Shown piece by piece: positions 8,563 through 16,343 of a stretch of DNA of 32,000 nt. This stretch comes from Methylorubrum extorquens (GTDB lineage: Bacteria > Pseudomonadota > Alphaproteobacteria > Rhizobiales > Beijerinckiaceae). A program made the position numbers and the translations under genes. The DNA is taken from assembly GCA_900234795.1 (NCBI GenBank), contig LT962688.1, positions 2,160,001 to 2,192,000 on the forward strand, written 5' to 3'. Under the pieces are notes generated by a model. That model was not told where the DNA came from and did no database searches. It saw nothing but the letters and a program-made list of their open reading frames with translations. The number at the start of each line of letters is the position of its first letter. Position 1 is the first letter of the stretch.

Positions 8563-10005
8563 GTGACACAGCATATCCCGCTCACCCGCCGCCTCGCAGC
8601 GCTCCTCCTGACCGCCACGGTACTCGGCGCGGCGGGCTCCGGGGCAGCCCGGTCCGAGACGATCCGGGTCGCCGTCGGCACGCAGGACACCACGATCAAT
8701 TGCGCCACCGGCGGCCTGCTGATCCGCGAGTTGAAGCTCCTAGAGAAGTTCCTGCCCCGCGACGGGCGCTACAAGGACGCGACCTACGACATCCAGTGGC
8801 GCAACTTCACCAGCGGCGCGCCGCTCACCAACGAGATGGTGGCGGGCAAGCTCGATCTCGGGGCGATGGCCGACTTTCCCGGCTCGCTCAACGGCCACGC
8901 CTTCGCCAAGGCCGGGCGCCGCTCGCTGTTCATCTCGGTGCTCTCGGGCAGCCTGCACGGCAGCGGCAACGGCGTCGTCGTGCCGAAGGAATCCCCCGTG
9001 CAGTCGTTCGCCGAACTCAAGGGCAAGACGATCTCGGTGCCGTTCGCCTCGACCGCGCACGGGCTGCTCTTGCGGGCGGTGAAGGCGCAGGGATGGGAGC
9101 CCGGCCGCGACGTCACCATCATCACCCAGGCCCCGGAGGTGGCGGGCGCCGCGCTGCTCGCCAACAAGATCGAGGCACATGCCGACTTCGTGCCCTTCGC
9201 CGAGCTGTTCCCCTGGCGCGGCTTCGCCCGCAAGATCTACGATGGCGCCCAGGCCGACGCCCCGACCTTCCACGGCGCGCTCGCCGATGCCGACTATGCC
9301 GAGAAGTACCCGGAGATCGTTACCGCCTACCTGCGCGCGGCACTCGAAGCGGACCGGTTGATCGCCGCCGAGCCGGAAAAGTATTCCGAACTCATCGAGC
9401 GGGTGACGGGGATCGAGGCGGAGGTCGCCTACCTGTTCCACGGGCCGCTCGGCCTGCAGACCCGCGACGTGACCTGGAAGCCGGCCTACCGGCAGGCGGT
9501 AAAGACCTCCTTCGAGACGCTCAAGCTGCTGAAGAAGGCCGATTCCGACATCGACCTCGACCGCTTCGTCGATGACCGCTTCATCCGCGCGGCGGCGGCG
9601 CAGGCCGGTCTCGACTACGAGGCGCGGCTCAGGGACGAGGCGCCGCTGCCGCTCGCCGCGCAGGACAGCGCAACGGGCAAGCCGATCACTGATCCGTCCC
9701 GCGTGGCGCAACTCTGGATCCGCGGCGAGGACAAGGTCCGCCCCTACGCCTCGCCGGAAGCGGCGTTCGCGGCGCTCGCCGAGCTGGAAGGCCAGGGGCG
9801 CGAGGCCCGCGCCGTCTACGCCCAGGATCGGGGCAACGGGATCAAGCTGTTCGCCACCCAGGCCTGGTACGTGCGCGACGCGCAAGGGCATCTGAGCGCC
9901 TTCCTGCTCAAGGGCGACGCACAGGCCCACGCCGCGGCGAAAGGGGGCGACGTGCTCGATTTCGCCGCCGCGCGGAGCGGCCACGCGCGGCTCTCGGCCC
10001 GATGA
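8563..10005 (+). CDS. Periplasmic ABC-transporter substrate-binding protein (NitT/TauT, NMT1/SsuA-like) with an extra ~135-aa C-terminal domain
   Basis: GTG start at 8563 gives VTQHIPLTRRLAALLLTATVLGAAGSGAARS (signal peptide). The earlier part of ORF 8455-10005 is Arg/Pro-rich junk. The SBP body ends near DRFVDDRFIRAA (~nt 9600). The rest is an additional domain (see findings). Confidence 0.85.
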   Translation: MTQHIPLTRRLAALLLTATVLGAAGSGAARSETIRVAVGTQDTTINCATGGLLIRELKLLEKFLPRDGRYKDATYDIQWRNFTSGAPLTNEMVAGKLDLGAMADFPGSLNGHAFAKAGRRSLFISVLSGSLHGSGNGVVVPKESPVQSFAELKGKTISVPFASTAHGLLLRAVKAQGWEPGRDVTIITQAPEVAGAALLANKIEAHADFVPFAELFPWRGFARKIYDGAQADAPTFHGALADADYAEKYPEIVTAYLRAALEADRLIAAEPEKYSELIERVTGIEAEVAYLFHGPLGLQTRDVTWKPAYRQAVKTSFETLKLLKKADSDIDLDRFVDDRFIRAAAAQAGLDYEARLRDEAPLPLAAQDSATGKPITDPSRVAQLWIRGEDKVRPYASPEAAFAALAELEGQGREARAVYAQDRGNGIKLFATQAWYVRDAQGHLSAFLLKGDAQAHAAAKGGDVLDFAAARSGHARLSAR

Positions 10006-10889
10006 GCCCCTTGATGAACCCCTTGATGAGCCCGTCGGTGAGCGCCTCCGGAATCGAGACGGCCGCCCCGGTCCGCGTGCCGCGCGGGCGGCCGGTCCGG
10101 TTTGCGCGACCATCGACGCTCGGGCGCTTGGCGCTGCGCGGCGTCGCCCTGGCCCTGAGCCTGCTCGCTTGGCACCTCGCGGCGAGCAGCCGGCTCGATC
10201 TCGGCCTCGTCACCTTCCGCAACGTGCCGACTCCGGCGGCCGCCGCGCAGGCGGCCTGGGCGCTGGTCCACGCCCCCGCGCTGCCGACCCATCTGGGCGC
10301 CAGCCTCGCCCGGGTGCTGTCGGGCTTCCTCGCCGCTTTGGGCGTGGGCGTCGCCCTCGGCCTCGCCATCGGCCGGTCGCGGCTCGCCCGCGACCTGCTG
10401 CTGCCGCCGCTCGAAGTGCTGCGCCCGATCCCGGCGGTGGCCTGGATCCCGCTGGCGATCCTGATGTTCCCGTCCTCCGAGGTCTCGATGGCCTTCATCA
10501 CCTTCACGGGCGCGCTGTTCCCGATCCTGCTCAACACCGTGCACGGGGTGGAATCGGTGCATCCCCGGCTTGTCGCCGCCGCCCGCAGCCTCGGCGCGGG
10601 CGATGCCGCGATCCTGCGCGAGGTGATCTTGCCGGGCGCCGCGCCCAGCATCGTGACGGGGGCGGCGATCGGCATGGGCACGGCGTGGTTCTGCCTCGTG
10701 ACCGCCGAGATGATCTCCGGCCAGTACGGGATTGGCTACTTCACCTGGGAATCCTATACACTGCAGAACTACGACGACATCGTCGTCGGCATGCTGCTGA
10801 TCGGCCTCCTCGGGATGGGATCCAGCCTCGTCGTGCGCTGGCTCGGCGACCGGGCGACACCCTGGGTCGGCGCGGGAGGCCAGCGATGA
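10002..10889 (+). CDS. ABC-transporter permease (NitT/TauT family)
   Basis: ATG overlaps the SBP stop (ATGA at 10002-10005). Multi-TM protein with an EAA-like loop (AARSLGAGDAAILREVILPGAAPSIVTG). In-frame alternative starts at 10014, 10026 and 10038. Confidence 0.9.
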   Translation: MSPLMNPLMSPSVSASGIETAAPVRVPRGRPVRFARPSTLGRLALRGVALALSLLAWHLAASSRLDLGLVTFRNVPTPAAAAQAAWALVHAPALPTHLGASLARVLSGFLAALGVGVALGLAIGRSRLARDLLLPPLEVLRPIPAVAWIPLAILMFPSSEVSMAFITFTGALFPILLNTVHGVESVHPRLVAAARSLGAGDAAILREVILPGAAPSIVTGAAIGMGTAWFCLVTAEMISGQYGIGYFTWESYTLQNYDDIVVGMLLIGLLGMGSSLVVRWLGDRATPWVGAGGQR

Positions 10890-11767
10890 GCGCGGGAATG
10901 GCACCGGTCCAGGCCGGCCCTCTCACCGGCACCGATCCTCTTGCCGACACCGATCCCTTTGCCGACGGTCACGTCGCCATCCGGGATGGGGCGATCCGGC
11001 TCGGTCGGGGCGATGCGGCGTTCGACGTGGTCGAGAACATCAGCTTCGACATCCCAGGCCGCCAGTTCGTCTGCATCCTCGGGCCCTCGGGCTGCGGAAA
11101 GTCGACCCTGCTCGGGGCGGTGGCCGGGCACCTCGCCCTGTCGCGCGGCAGCGTCAGCCTCGACGGGCGGGCGATCGCCGGGCCGCATCCCGACCGCGGC
11201 ATCGTCTTCCAGCAGCACACCCTGTTCCCCTGGCTCAGCGTGATCGACAACGTCGCCTTCGGCATGAAGATGAAGGGCGTCGGCCGCAGCGAGCGCCGGG
11301 AACGGGCCCGGGCGCTGCTGGCGCAGGTCGGGCTGTCCGACTTCGCCGAGCGCTATCCGGCCGAATTGTCGGGGGGCATGCAGCAGCGGGTGGAGATCGC
11401 CCGCGCGCTGATCAACCGGCCTCGGGTCCTGCTGATGGACGAGCCGTTCGGGGCACTCGATGCGCAGACGCGGCTGACGATGCAGGAACTGCTGCTCGAC
11501 ATCTGGACGCGCCACCGCACCACGATCCTGTTCGTGACGCACGACATCGACGAGGCCCTGTTCCTGGCGGATCGGCTCGTCGTGATGACGCCGCGGCCGG
11601 GGCGCATCCTCGACGACATTCCCCTTGATTTCGGGCGCCCGCGGGACCGCGGCCTGATCACCGATCCGCGCTTCACGGCGATCAAGCAGCGCTGCCTCGC
11701 GCTCCTTCACAGCGATCCCGGCCATGTGCCGCTCGCCCGCTTGAGCCCGATCGGAGTTCCGGCATGA
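10886..11767 (+). CDS. ABC-transporter ATP-binding protein (NitT/TauT family)
   Basis: ATGA overlap with the permease stop (10886-10889). Walker A GPSGCGKST, signature LSGGMQQR, Walker B VLLMDEPFGALD, H-loop VTHD. Confidence 0.92.
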   Translation: MSAGMAPVQAGPLTGTDPLADTDPFADGHVAIRDGAIRLGRGDAAFDVVENISFDIPGRQFVCILGPSGCGKSTLLGAVAGHLALSRGSVSLDGRAIAGPHPDRGIVFQQHTLFPWLSVIDNVAFGMKMKGVGRSERRERARALLAQVGLSDFAERYPAELSGGMQQRVEIARALINRPRVLLMDEPFGALDAQTRLTMQELLLDIWTRHRTTILFVTHDIDEALFLADRLVVMTPRPGRILDDIPLDFGRPRDRGLITDPRFTAIKQRCLALLHSDPGHVPLARLSPIGVPA

Positions 11768-12420
11768 CCTCGAATGCCCCCTCGTCGCCGACCATCGCGT
11801 ACTATTTCAGCTTCCTCTCGCTGTGGTCCTATGTCGGCAGTCGCGCCTTCCGCGACCTCGCCGAACGGAACGGCGCGCGGATCGTCTACAAGCCGGTCGA
11901 TCTGATGGCAGTCTTCGCCGCCGGCGGCGGCAAGCCCGTCAAGGAGAGGCCCCTGCAGCGGCAGGCCTACCGCCTCGTCGAAATGCAGCGCTGGCGCCGC
12001 ATCCGCGGCATCCCGCTGGTGCTGCACCCGAAATTCTACCCGGCCGACCCCTCCCTCGCCCACCGGGTCCTGCTGGCCGCCCTCGACGAGGGCAGCGCGG
12101 TCGCCGACTTCGTCCATGCCGGCCTCAGCGCCGTCTGGGCGGACGAACGCGACATCGCCGATCCCGGCACGATCATCCGGCTCGCCGATGCGGCCGGGCT
12201 CGACGGGAAACGCCTGCTCGCCCGAGCCGACGAGCCGGCGTTCCGCGAGGCCGAGGCGGCTCTGACCCGCGAGGCGATCGGGCGGCAGGTGTTCGGGGCG
12301 CCGTTCTATGTCTACCGCGATGAGCCGTTCTGGGGTCAGGACCGGCTCGACCTGCTGGAGGCGGCGATCTCGGGCTCGGACGCGCCGATCCCGCTGCCGG
12401 ACCTCTCCGCTTCCGGCTGA
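11764..12420 (+). CDS. DsbA-family thioredoxin-fold protein, 2-hydroxychromene-2-carboxylate isomerase-like
   Basis: ATGA overlap with the ATPase stop (11764-11767). IAYYFSFLSLWSYVGS near the N-terminus and GAPFYVYRDEPFWGQDRLDLLE near the C-terminus are characteristic of HCCA-isomerase/DsbA-like proteins (recollection). Confidence 0.8.
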   Translation: MTSNAPSSPTIAYYFSFLSLWSYVGSRAFRDLAERNGARIVYKPVDLMAVFAAGGGKPVKERPLQRQAYRLVEMQRWRRIRGIPLVLHPKFYPADPSLAHRVLLAALDEGSAVADFVHAGLSAVWADERDIADPGTIIRLADAAGLDGKRLLARADEPAFREAEAALTREAIGRQVFGAPFYVYRDEPFWGQDRLDLLEAAISGSDAPIPLPDLSASG

Positions 12421-13745
12421 GCCCGGCTCTGCCCGAGCAGGGCGTTGAGCAGGATGGCCGCGATCGCGGTGAGCAGGATCGGATCCTTCACGATCGGCCC
12501 GAACGCGTCGGGCACGGCGCGGAAGAAGAGCGGCTGCACGATCGGGATCAGGCCGATCCCCAACGAGGCGGCGATGATCAGCGCGTCGCGGCTGCCCGCG
12601 CGGGCGTAATCGACCTGGGCCAGGATGCGGATGCCGGTGGCTGCCACCATGCCGAACATCACCAGCGCCGCCCCGCCGAGCACCGGCTGCGGGATCGAGG
12701 CCGCCAGATAGGCGACCTTGGGCACGAGGCCGAGCACCAGCATGATCCCGCCGGCGGCCGCGCAGACCCAGCGGCTGTGCACGCCGGTGAGTCCGACGAG
12801 GCCGACATTCTGCGAATAGGACAGGTAGGGAAACGTGTTGAGCAGGCCGCCGATCAGCGTGCCGAGCGCGTCGGCGCGCAGGCCCCGGCGGATGTCCTCG
12901 GTCCCGATCTTGCGCCCGGTCATGACGCCGAGCGCCAGGAACATCCCGGTCGCCTCGATGAAGACGATCGTCATCACGAGGCACAGGATCAGGCAGGGCA
13001 CGAGGTGGAAGGTCGGCAGCCCGAACTGCAGGGGCAGCACCACCCGCAGCCACGGTTCGGCGCCCAGGCCCTCGAAGCTCGTCCAGCCGAGTGCCAGGGT
13101 GACGGCGTATCCGAGCCCGATCCCGAGGAGCACGGCGACGCGCCCGACGAAGCCCGGACCGAACCGGGCAATGAGCAGGGTCGCGGCGAGCACGCCCGCC
13201 GCCACCGCGACCGTGCCGGGCGCACCGAACGCGGCGGTGCCCGCACCCCCGCCCGCCCAGCCGACGGCGACGCGGGTGAGCGCGATGCCGATCATCAGGA
13301 GGATCGTGCCGGTCACGACCGGTGGGAAGAACCGCATCACCTGGCCGATGAAGGGCGTGACAAGGAGCCCGTAGAGGCCGCCGACGATCACCGCGCCGTA
13401 GATGCCGGTGAGGCCGACGCCGGGTATCGCCGCGATGGCGAGCAGCGGCTGGATCGCCACCGCGGTCACGCCCATGATGACGGGAAGCCGGATGCCGAAC
13501 GGGCCGATGCCCACCGTCTGGATCAGCGTGGCGATGCCGCAGGCGAACAAGTCGGCGTTGATGAGGAGCGCGATCTGGTCCTTCGGCAGGTGCAGCGCCC
13601 CGCCGACGATCAGCGGCACGGCGATGGCGTTGGCGTACATGACGAGCACGTGCTGCAAACCGAGCACGAACAGGCGCGGCGCGGGCGGCACCGCATCGAC
13701 GCCGTCGCGCGGCGGGCCGCCGGGAAGGGGATCGACCGGCCTCAT
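12336..13745 (-). CDS. Nucleobase:cation symporter-2 (NCS2, xanthine/uracil permease-type) transporter
   Basis: 469 aa. LGLQHVLVMYANAIAVPLIVG, multiple TM segments and SYSQNVGLVGLTGVHSRWV are typical NCS2 motifs. The start ATG overlaps the stop of the upstream monooxygenase gene (ATGA at 13742-13745). Confidence 0.88.
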   Translation of the reverse strand: MRPVDPLPGGPPRDGVDAVPPAPRLFVLGLQHVLVMYANAIAVPLIVGGALHLPKDQIALLINADLFACGIATLIQTVGIGPFGIRLPVIMGVTAVAIQPLLAIAAIPGVGLTGIYGAVIVGGLYGLLVTPFIGQVMRFFPPVVTGTILLMIGIALTRVAVGWAGGGAGTAAFGAPGTVAVAAGVLAATLLIARFGPGFVGRVAVLLGIGLGYAVTLALGWTSFEGLGAEPWLRVVLPLQFGLPTFHLVPCLILCLVMTIVFIEATGMFLALGVMTGRKIGTEDIRRGLRADALGTLIGGLLNTFPYLSYSQNVGLVGLTGVHSRWVCAAAGGIMLVLGLVPKVAYLAASIPQPVLGGAALVMFGMVAATGIRILAQVDYARAGSRDALIIAASLGIGLIPIVQPLFFRAVPDAFGPIVKDPILLTAIAAILLNALLGQSRAQPEAERSGSGIGASEPEIAASSRSSRS

Positions 13746-14788
13746 CCCTTCACTCGCGAAAACACCTGCGCGGCGAAGCGGGCCATCTCCGCCTCGAACG
13801 GCTGGAATTGCAGCATGAACAGCTCGATTCCCGCCGCGTGGAAGGCGCGGATGCGCTCGGCCACCCCATCGTAGCTGCCGACGAGCCCGGCCGCCGTGCC
13901 GCCGTTGGTGCCGACATGGTGCGCGGCCGCCGCATCGGTCTTGGCGAACATCACGCTCGCCGCGTCCGTGCGCGCCCGGGTGTCGGCGCGGATGGCCTCA
14001 TCGCGGCGGCTCAAGCTCAGAAGCCGGGCGAATTCGTCCTGCGCCTCGGCTTCCGTCTCACGGGCGATCACGAAGGCCGAGAGCCCGTAGCGCAGACGGC
14101 CCTGCGCGGCCGGGCGCCGGGCGACGTCGGCGATGAGATCGGCGACCGCGGCCAGCGGCTGGCCGTTGATGAACCAGACGTCGCCGTGATCGGCCACCAG
14201 CGCGCGGGCCGGCTCGGACTCGCCGCCGACATAGATCGCCGGCCGCGCCCGGTAAGTGCCCGCGGGCTTGAGCTGATAGTCCTCGACGCGGAAGTGCCGG
14301 CCCTCGTGGGTGACGCGCTCGCCCCGCAGCAACCGGTCCACCAGGGCGATCCATTCGCGGCCATAGGCGTAGCGCTCGTCATGGGCCGGGAACGGCAGGC
14401 CGGCCCGCTCGAATTCGGCGCGGTTCCAGGCGTTGACGAGGTTGAGGGCGAAGCGCCCCCGGCTGACCTGCTCGATCTGCAGCGCCATCTTGGCGAGCAA
14501 CACCGGATGGTAGAGCCCCGGCTTGATCGCCGCGATGATCTCGATCCGCTCGGTGAGCGCCGCCAGCGCGGCCGAGGCGGTCCAGGCCTCCAGCTGGTCG
14601 CGGGTCTCGTCGTAGGGGTTCACCGTATGCTGGGCGACGAGGACGGAATCGTAGCCGAGGCGCTCGGCCTCGAGCACGAGGGCGCGGTTGCGCGCCCAGG
14701 AGGCGTCGTGCGGCTCGTCCGGATCGTGGCGGGCGGCGCGGGAGCCGTGGACCGGCGCCCAGACGCCGAAGCGAAGCGGATGGCTCAT
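13742..14788 (-). CDS. Luciferase-like (LLM) flavin-dependent monooxygenase, SfnG/SsuD-clade-like
   Basis: Only the last 348 aa of track ORF 13742-16222 are real, starting at MSHPLRFGVWAPV (ATG 14788). Contains RGRFALNLVNAWNRAEFERAGLPFPAHDERYAYGREWIALVDRL and GRHFRVEDYQLKPAG. These resemble dimethylsulfone/alkanesulfonate monooxygenases as I recall them. Confidence 0.85.
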   Translation of the reverse strand: MSHPLRFGVWAPVHGSRAARHDPDEPHDASWARNRALVLEAERLGYDSVLVAQHTVNPYDETRDQLEAWTASAALAALTERIEIIAAIKPGLYHPVLLAKMALQIEQVSRGRFALNLVNAWNRAEFERAGLPFPAHDERYAYGREWIALVDRLLRGERVTHEGRHFRVEDYQLKPAGTYRARPAIYVGGESEPARALVADHGDVWFINGQPLAAVADLIADVARRPAAQGRLRYGLSAFVIARETEAEAQDEFARLLSLSRRDEAIRADTRARTDAASVMFAKTDAAAAHHVGTNGGTAAGLVGSYDGVAERIRAFHAAGIELFMLQFQPFEAEMARFAAQVFSRVKG

Positions 14789-14793
14789 CGCGC

Positions 14794-15762
14794 TCACCCG
14801 CGTCCTGCCGGCGGCTGCCAGAGCGATACGGCGGTGGCGTCGAGCCGGCGCGGGATCAGCCCGGCCTCGTGGAAGGTGTCGGCGATGGCCTGCTGCTCGG
14901 AGAGCGCGGCCCGATCGACCGCCTTGACCGCGTAGGAGCGCCGCTCGTTGACGGTGGCGACCACCGCCGGCGGCAGGTCTCCCCAGATCGGCGCCAGCAG
15001 CGCGACGGCCGCCGACGGGTTGGCCTTCACCCATTGTCCCGCCTCGACCAGGGCGGAAAAGACCGTGGCGACGACCTCGGGCTGCTCGGCGGCGAAGCTG
15101 TCGTTGACCGTGTAGTAGCGGTTGTAGCTCGACAGGCCGGTGGCGTCGGTCAGCACCCGCACCGGGCGCTTGGCCTGTACGATGGCCAGGAACGGATCCC
15201 AGATCGACCACGCCTCGATGCCGCCCTGCTCGAACGCCGCGAGCCCGTCCGCCGCCTCCAGATAGGCCGGGCGGATGTCGGCGAATCGCAGGCCCCCCCG
15301 CTTCAGCGCGCCCGCGAGGATGAAGTGGCAGCCCGAGCCCTTCGAGACGCCGACCGTACGGCCTTTCAGATCCGCGATCGTGCGGATCGGCGACTCGTCC
15401 GGCACGATGATCGCCTCGGCCTGCGGCGAACCGGCCTCCATAGCGTAGAAGGTCAGCGGGGCTCCGGCCGATTGGGTGAAGATCGGCACCGCGTCGGCCA
15501 CATCGGCGTGGAGATCGACCGCGCCGGTGTTCATCGGTTCGAGCACCTTGGTGAACAGGTGCCAGCTCACGCCGAGCCCTTGCGCGCCGAGCCGCTCCTC
15601 CAGGGTGCCCCGCGCCTTCAGCACGGTGAGGAGCGTCGAGGAGCGCTGATAGCTGAGCTTCACCGTCCGTCCGGCGCGGGCCGGACCGGAGCGACCGAGG
15701 ACGAGGCCGGCGGCGAGTGTGGCACTCGATGAAAGGGCGAAGTGGCGGCGGGTCAGGCTCAT
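14794..15762 (-). CDS. Periplasmic sulfonate-type (SsuA-like) substrate-binding protein
   Basis: Real start MSLTRRHFALSSSATLAAGLVLG (twin-arginine-like signal) at ATG 15762; the upstream part of track ORF 14794-16146 is out-of-frame. SBP-like body (TIADLKGRTVGVSKGSGCHF, EAWSIWDPF). The start overlaps the cytochrome c stop (ATGA at 15759-15762). Confidence 0.85.
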   Translation of the reverse strand: MSLTRRHFALSSSATLAAGLVLGRSGPARAGRTVKLSYQRSSTLLTVLKARGTLEERLGAQGLGVSWHLFTKVLEPMNTGAVDLHADVADAVPIFTQSAGAPLTFYAMEAGSPQAEAIIVPDESPIRTIADLKGRTVGVSKGSGCHFILAGALKRGGLRFADIRPAYLEAADGLAAFEQGGIEAWSIWDPFLAIVQAKRPVRVLTDATGLSSYNRYYTVNDSFAAEQPEVVATVFSALVEAGQWVKANPSAAVALLAPIWGDLPPAVVATVNERRSYAVKAVDRAALSEQQAIADTFHEAGLIPRRLDATAVSLWQPPAGRG

Positions 15763-16343
15763 CGGGTCTCCGTGTGCGCGGTGGGCCGGGCGGAAGGGCG
15801 AGCGGAGGGATTCTGCGGCGCGATGTCGGGGCGCGGATCGGCGGTGAAGCCGTCGCGGTTCGGCATGGCGACCCTGGGCAGGGAGGCCGCATCGAGGCTT
15901 GCCTCCTCCGGCAGCAGGCCGTTGAGGTGCAGCACATAGGCGCTGACCGCGTAGGTTTCGTCCGGGCTGAGCGATTGCGGCGCGTCGAACGGCATTGCCC
16001 GGCGCACGTAGTCGAACAGGGTCGTGGCATAGGGCCAGAAGCTGCCGACCGTGCGCAGGGGTTTTGCGCTCGCGAGGCTGCCCCGGCCGCCGGCCAGCGG
16101 CTCGGCGGCGGCCCCCTCGCCGCGGGCGCCGTGGCAGCCGGCGCAACGCGCGGCGAACAGGACCGCGCCGTCGCGCACGCTGCCGTGGCCGGGCGGCAGG
16201 CCCTGGCCGTCGGGCCGGACATCGATGTCCCAGGCGGCGATGGTCTCAGGGCTTGCTGGGCGGCCGATGCCGAGGGGGTCCGCCGCGGCCGGGCCGGCGA
16301 GGGTGAGGCTCAGGACGAGCGGGAGAAGCGCCTCAGGCCGCAT
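15759..16343 (-). CDS. Monohaem c-type cytochrome, SoxD/SorB-like partner of the molybdoenzyme
   Basis: Signal peptide MRPEALLPLVLSLTLAGPAAA. One CxxCH (CAGCH). WDIDVRPDGQGLPPG and FWPYATTLFDYVRRAMPF motifs, as in SoxD-type cytochromes (recollection). The start overlaps the upstream gene end by 11 nt. Confidence 0.8.
   Translation of the reverse strand: MRPEALLPLVLSLTLAGPAAADPLGIGRPASPETIAAWDIDVRPDGQGLPPGHGSVRDGAVLFAARCAGCHGARGEGAAAEPLAGGRGSLASAKPLRTVGSFWPYATTLFDYVRRAMPFDAPQSLSPDETYAVSAYVLHLNGLLPEEASLDAASLPRVAMPNRDGFTADPRPDIAPQNPSARPSARPTAHTETR

Noticed and set aside
13742-16222. 826-aa single ORF in the track
   Set aside because: It is a composite. Only the last 348 aa (from ATG 14788) are the LLM monooxygenase. 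The upstream part is an out-of-frame read across the SsuA-like and cytochrome c genes, with junk-like composition.
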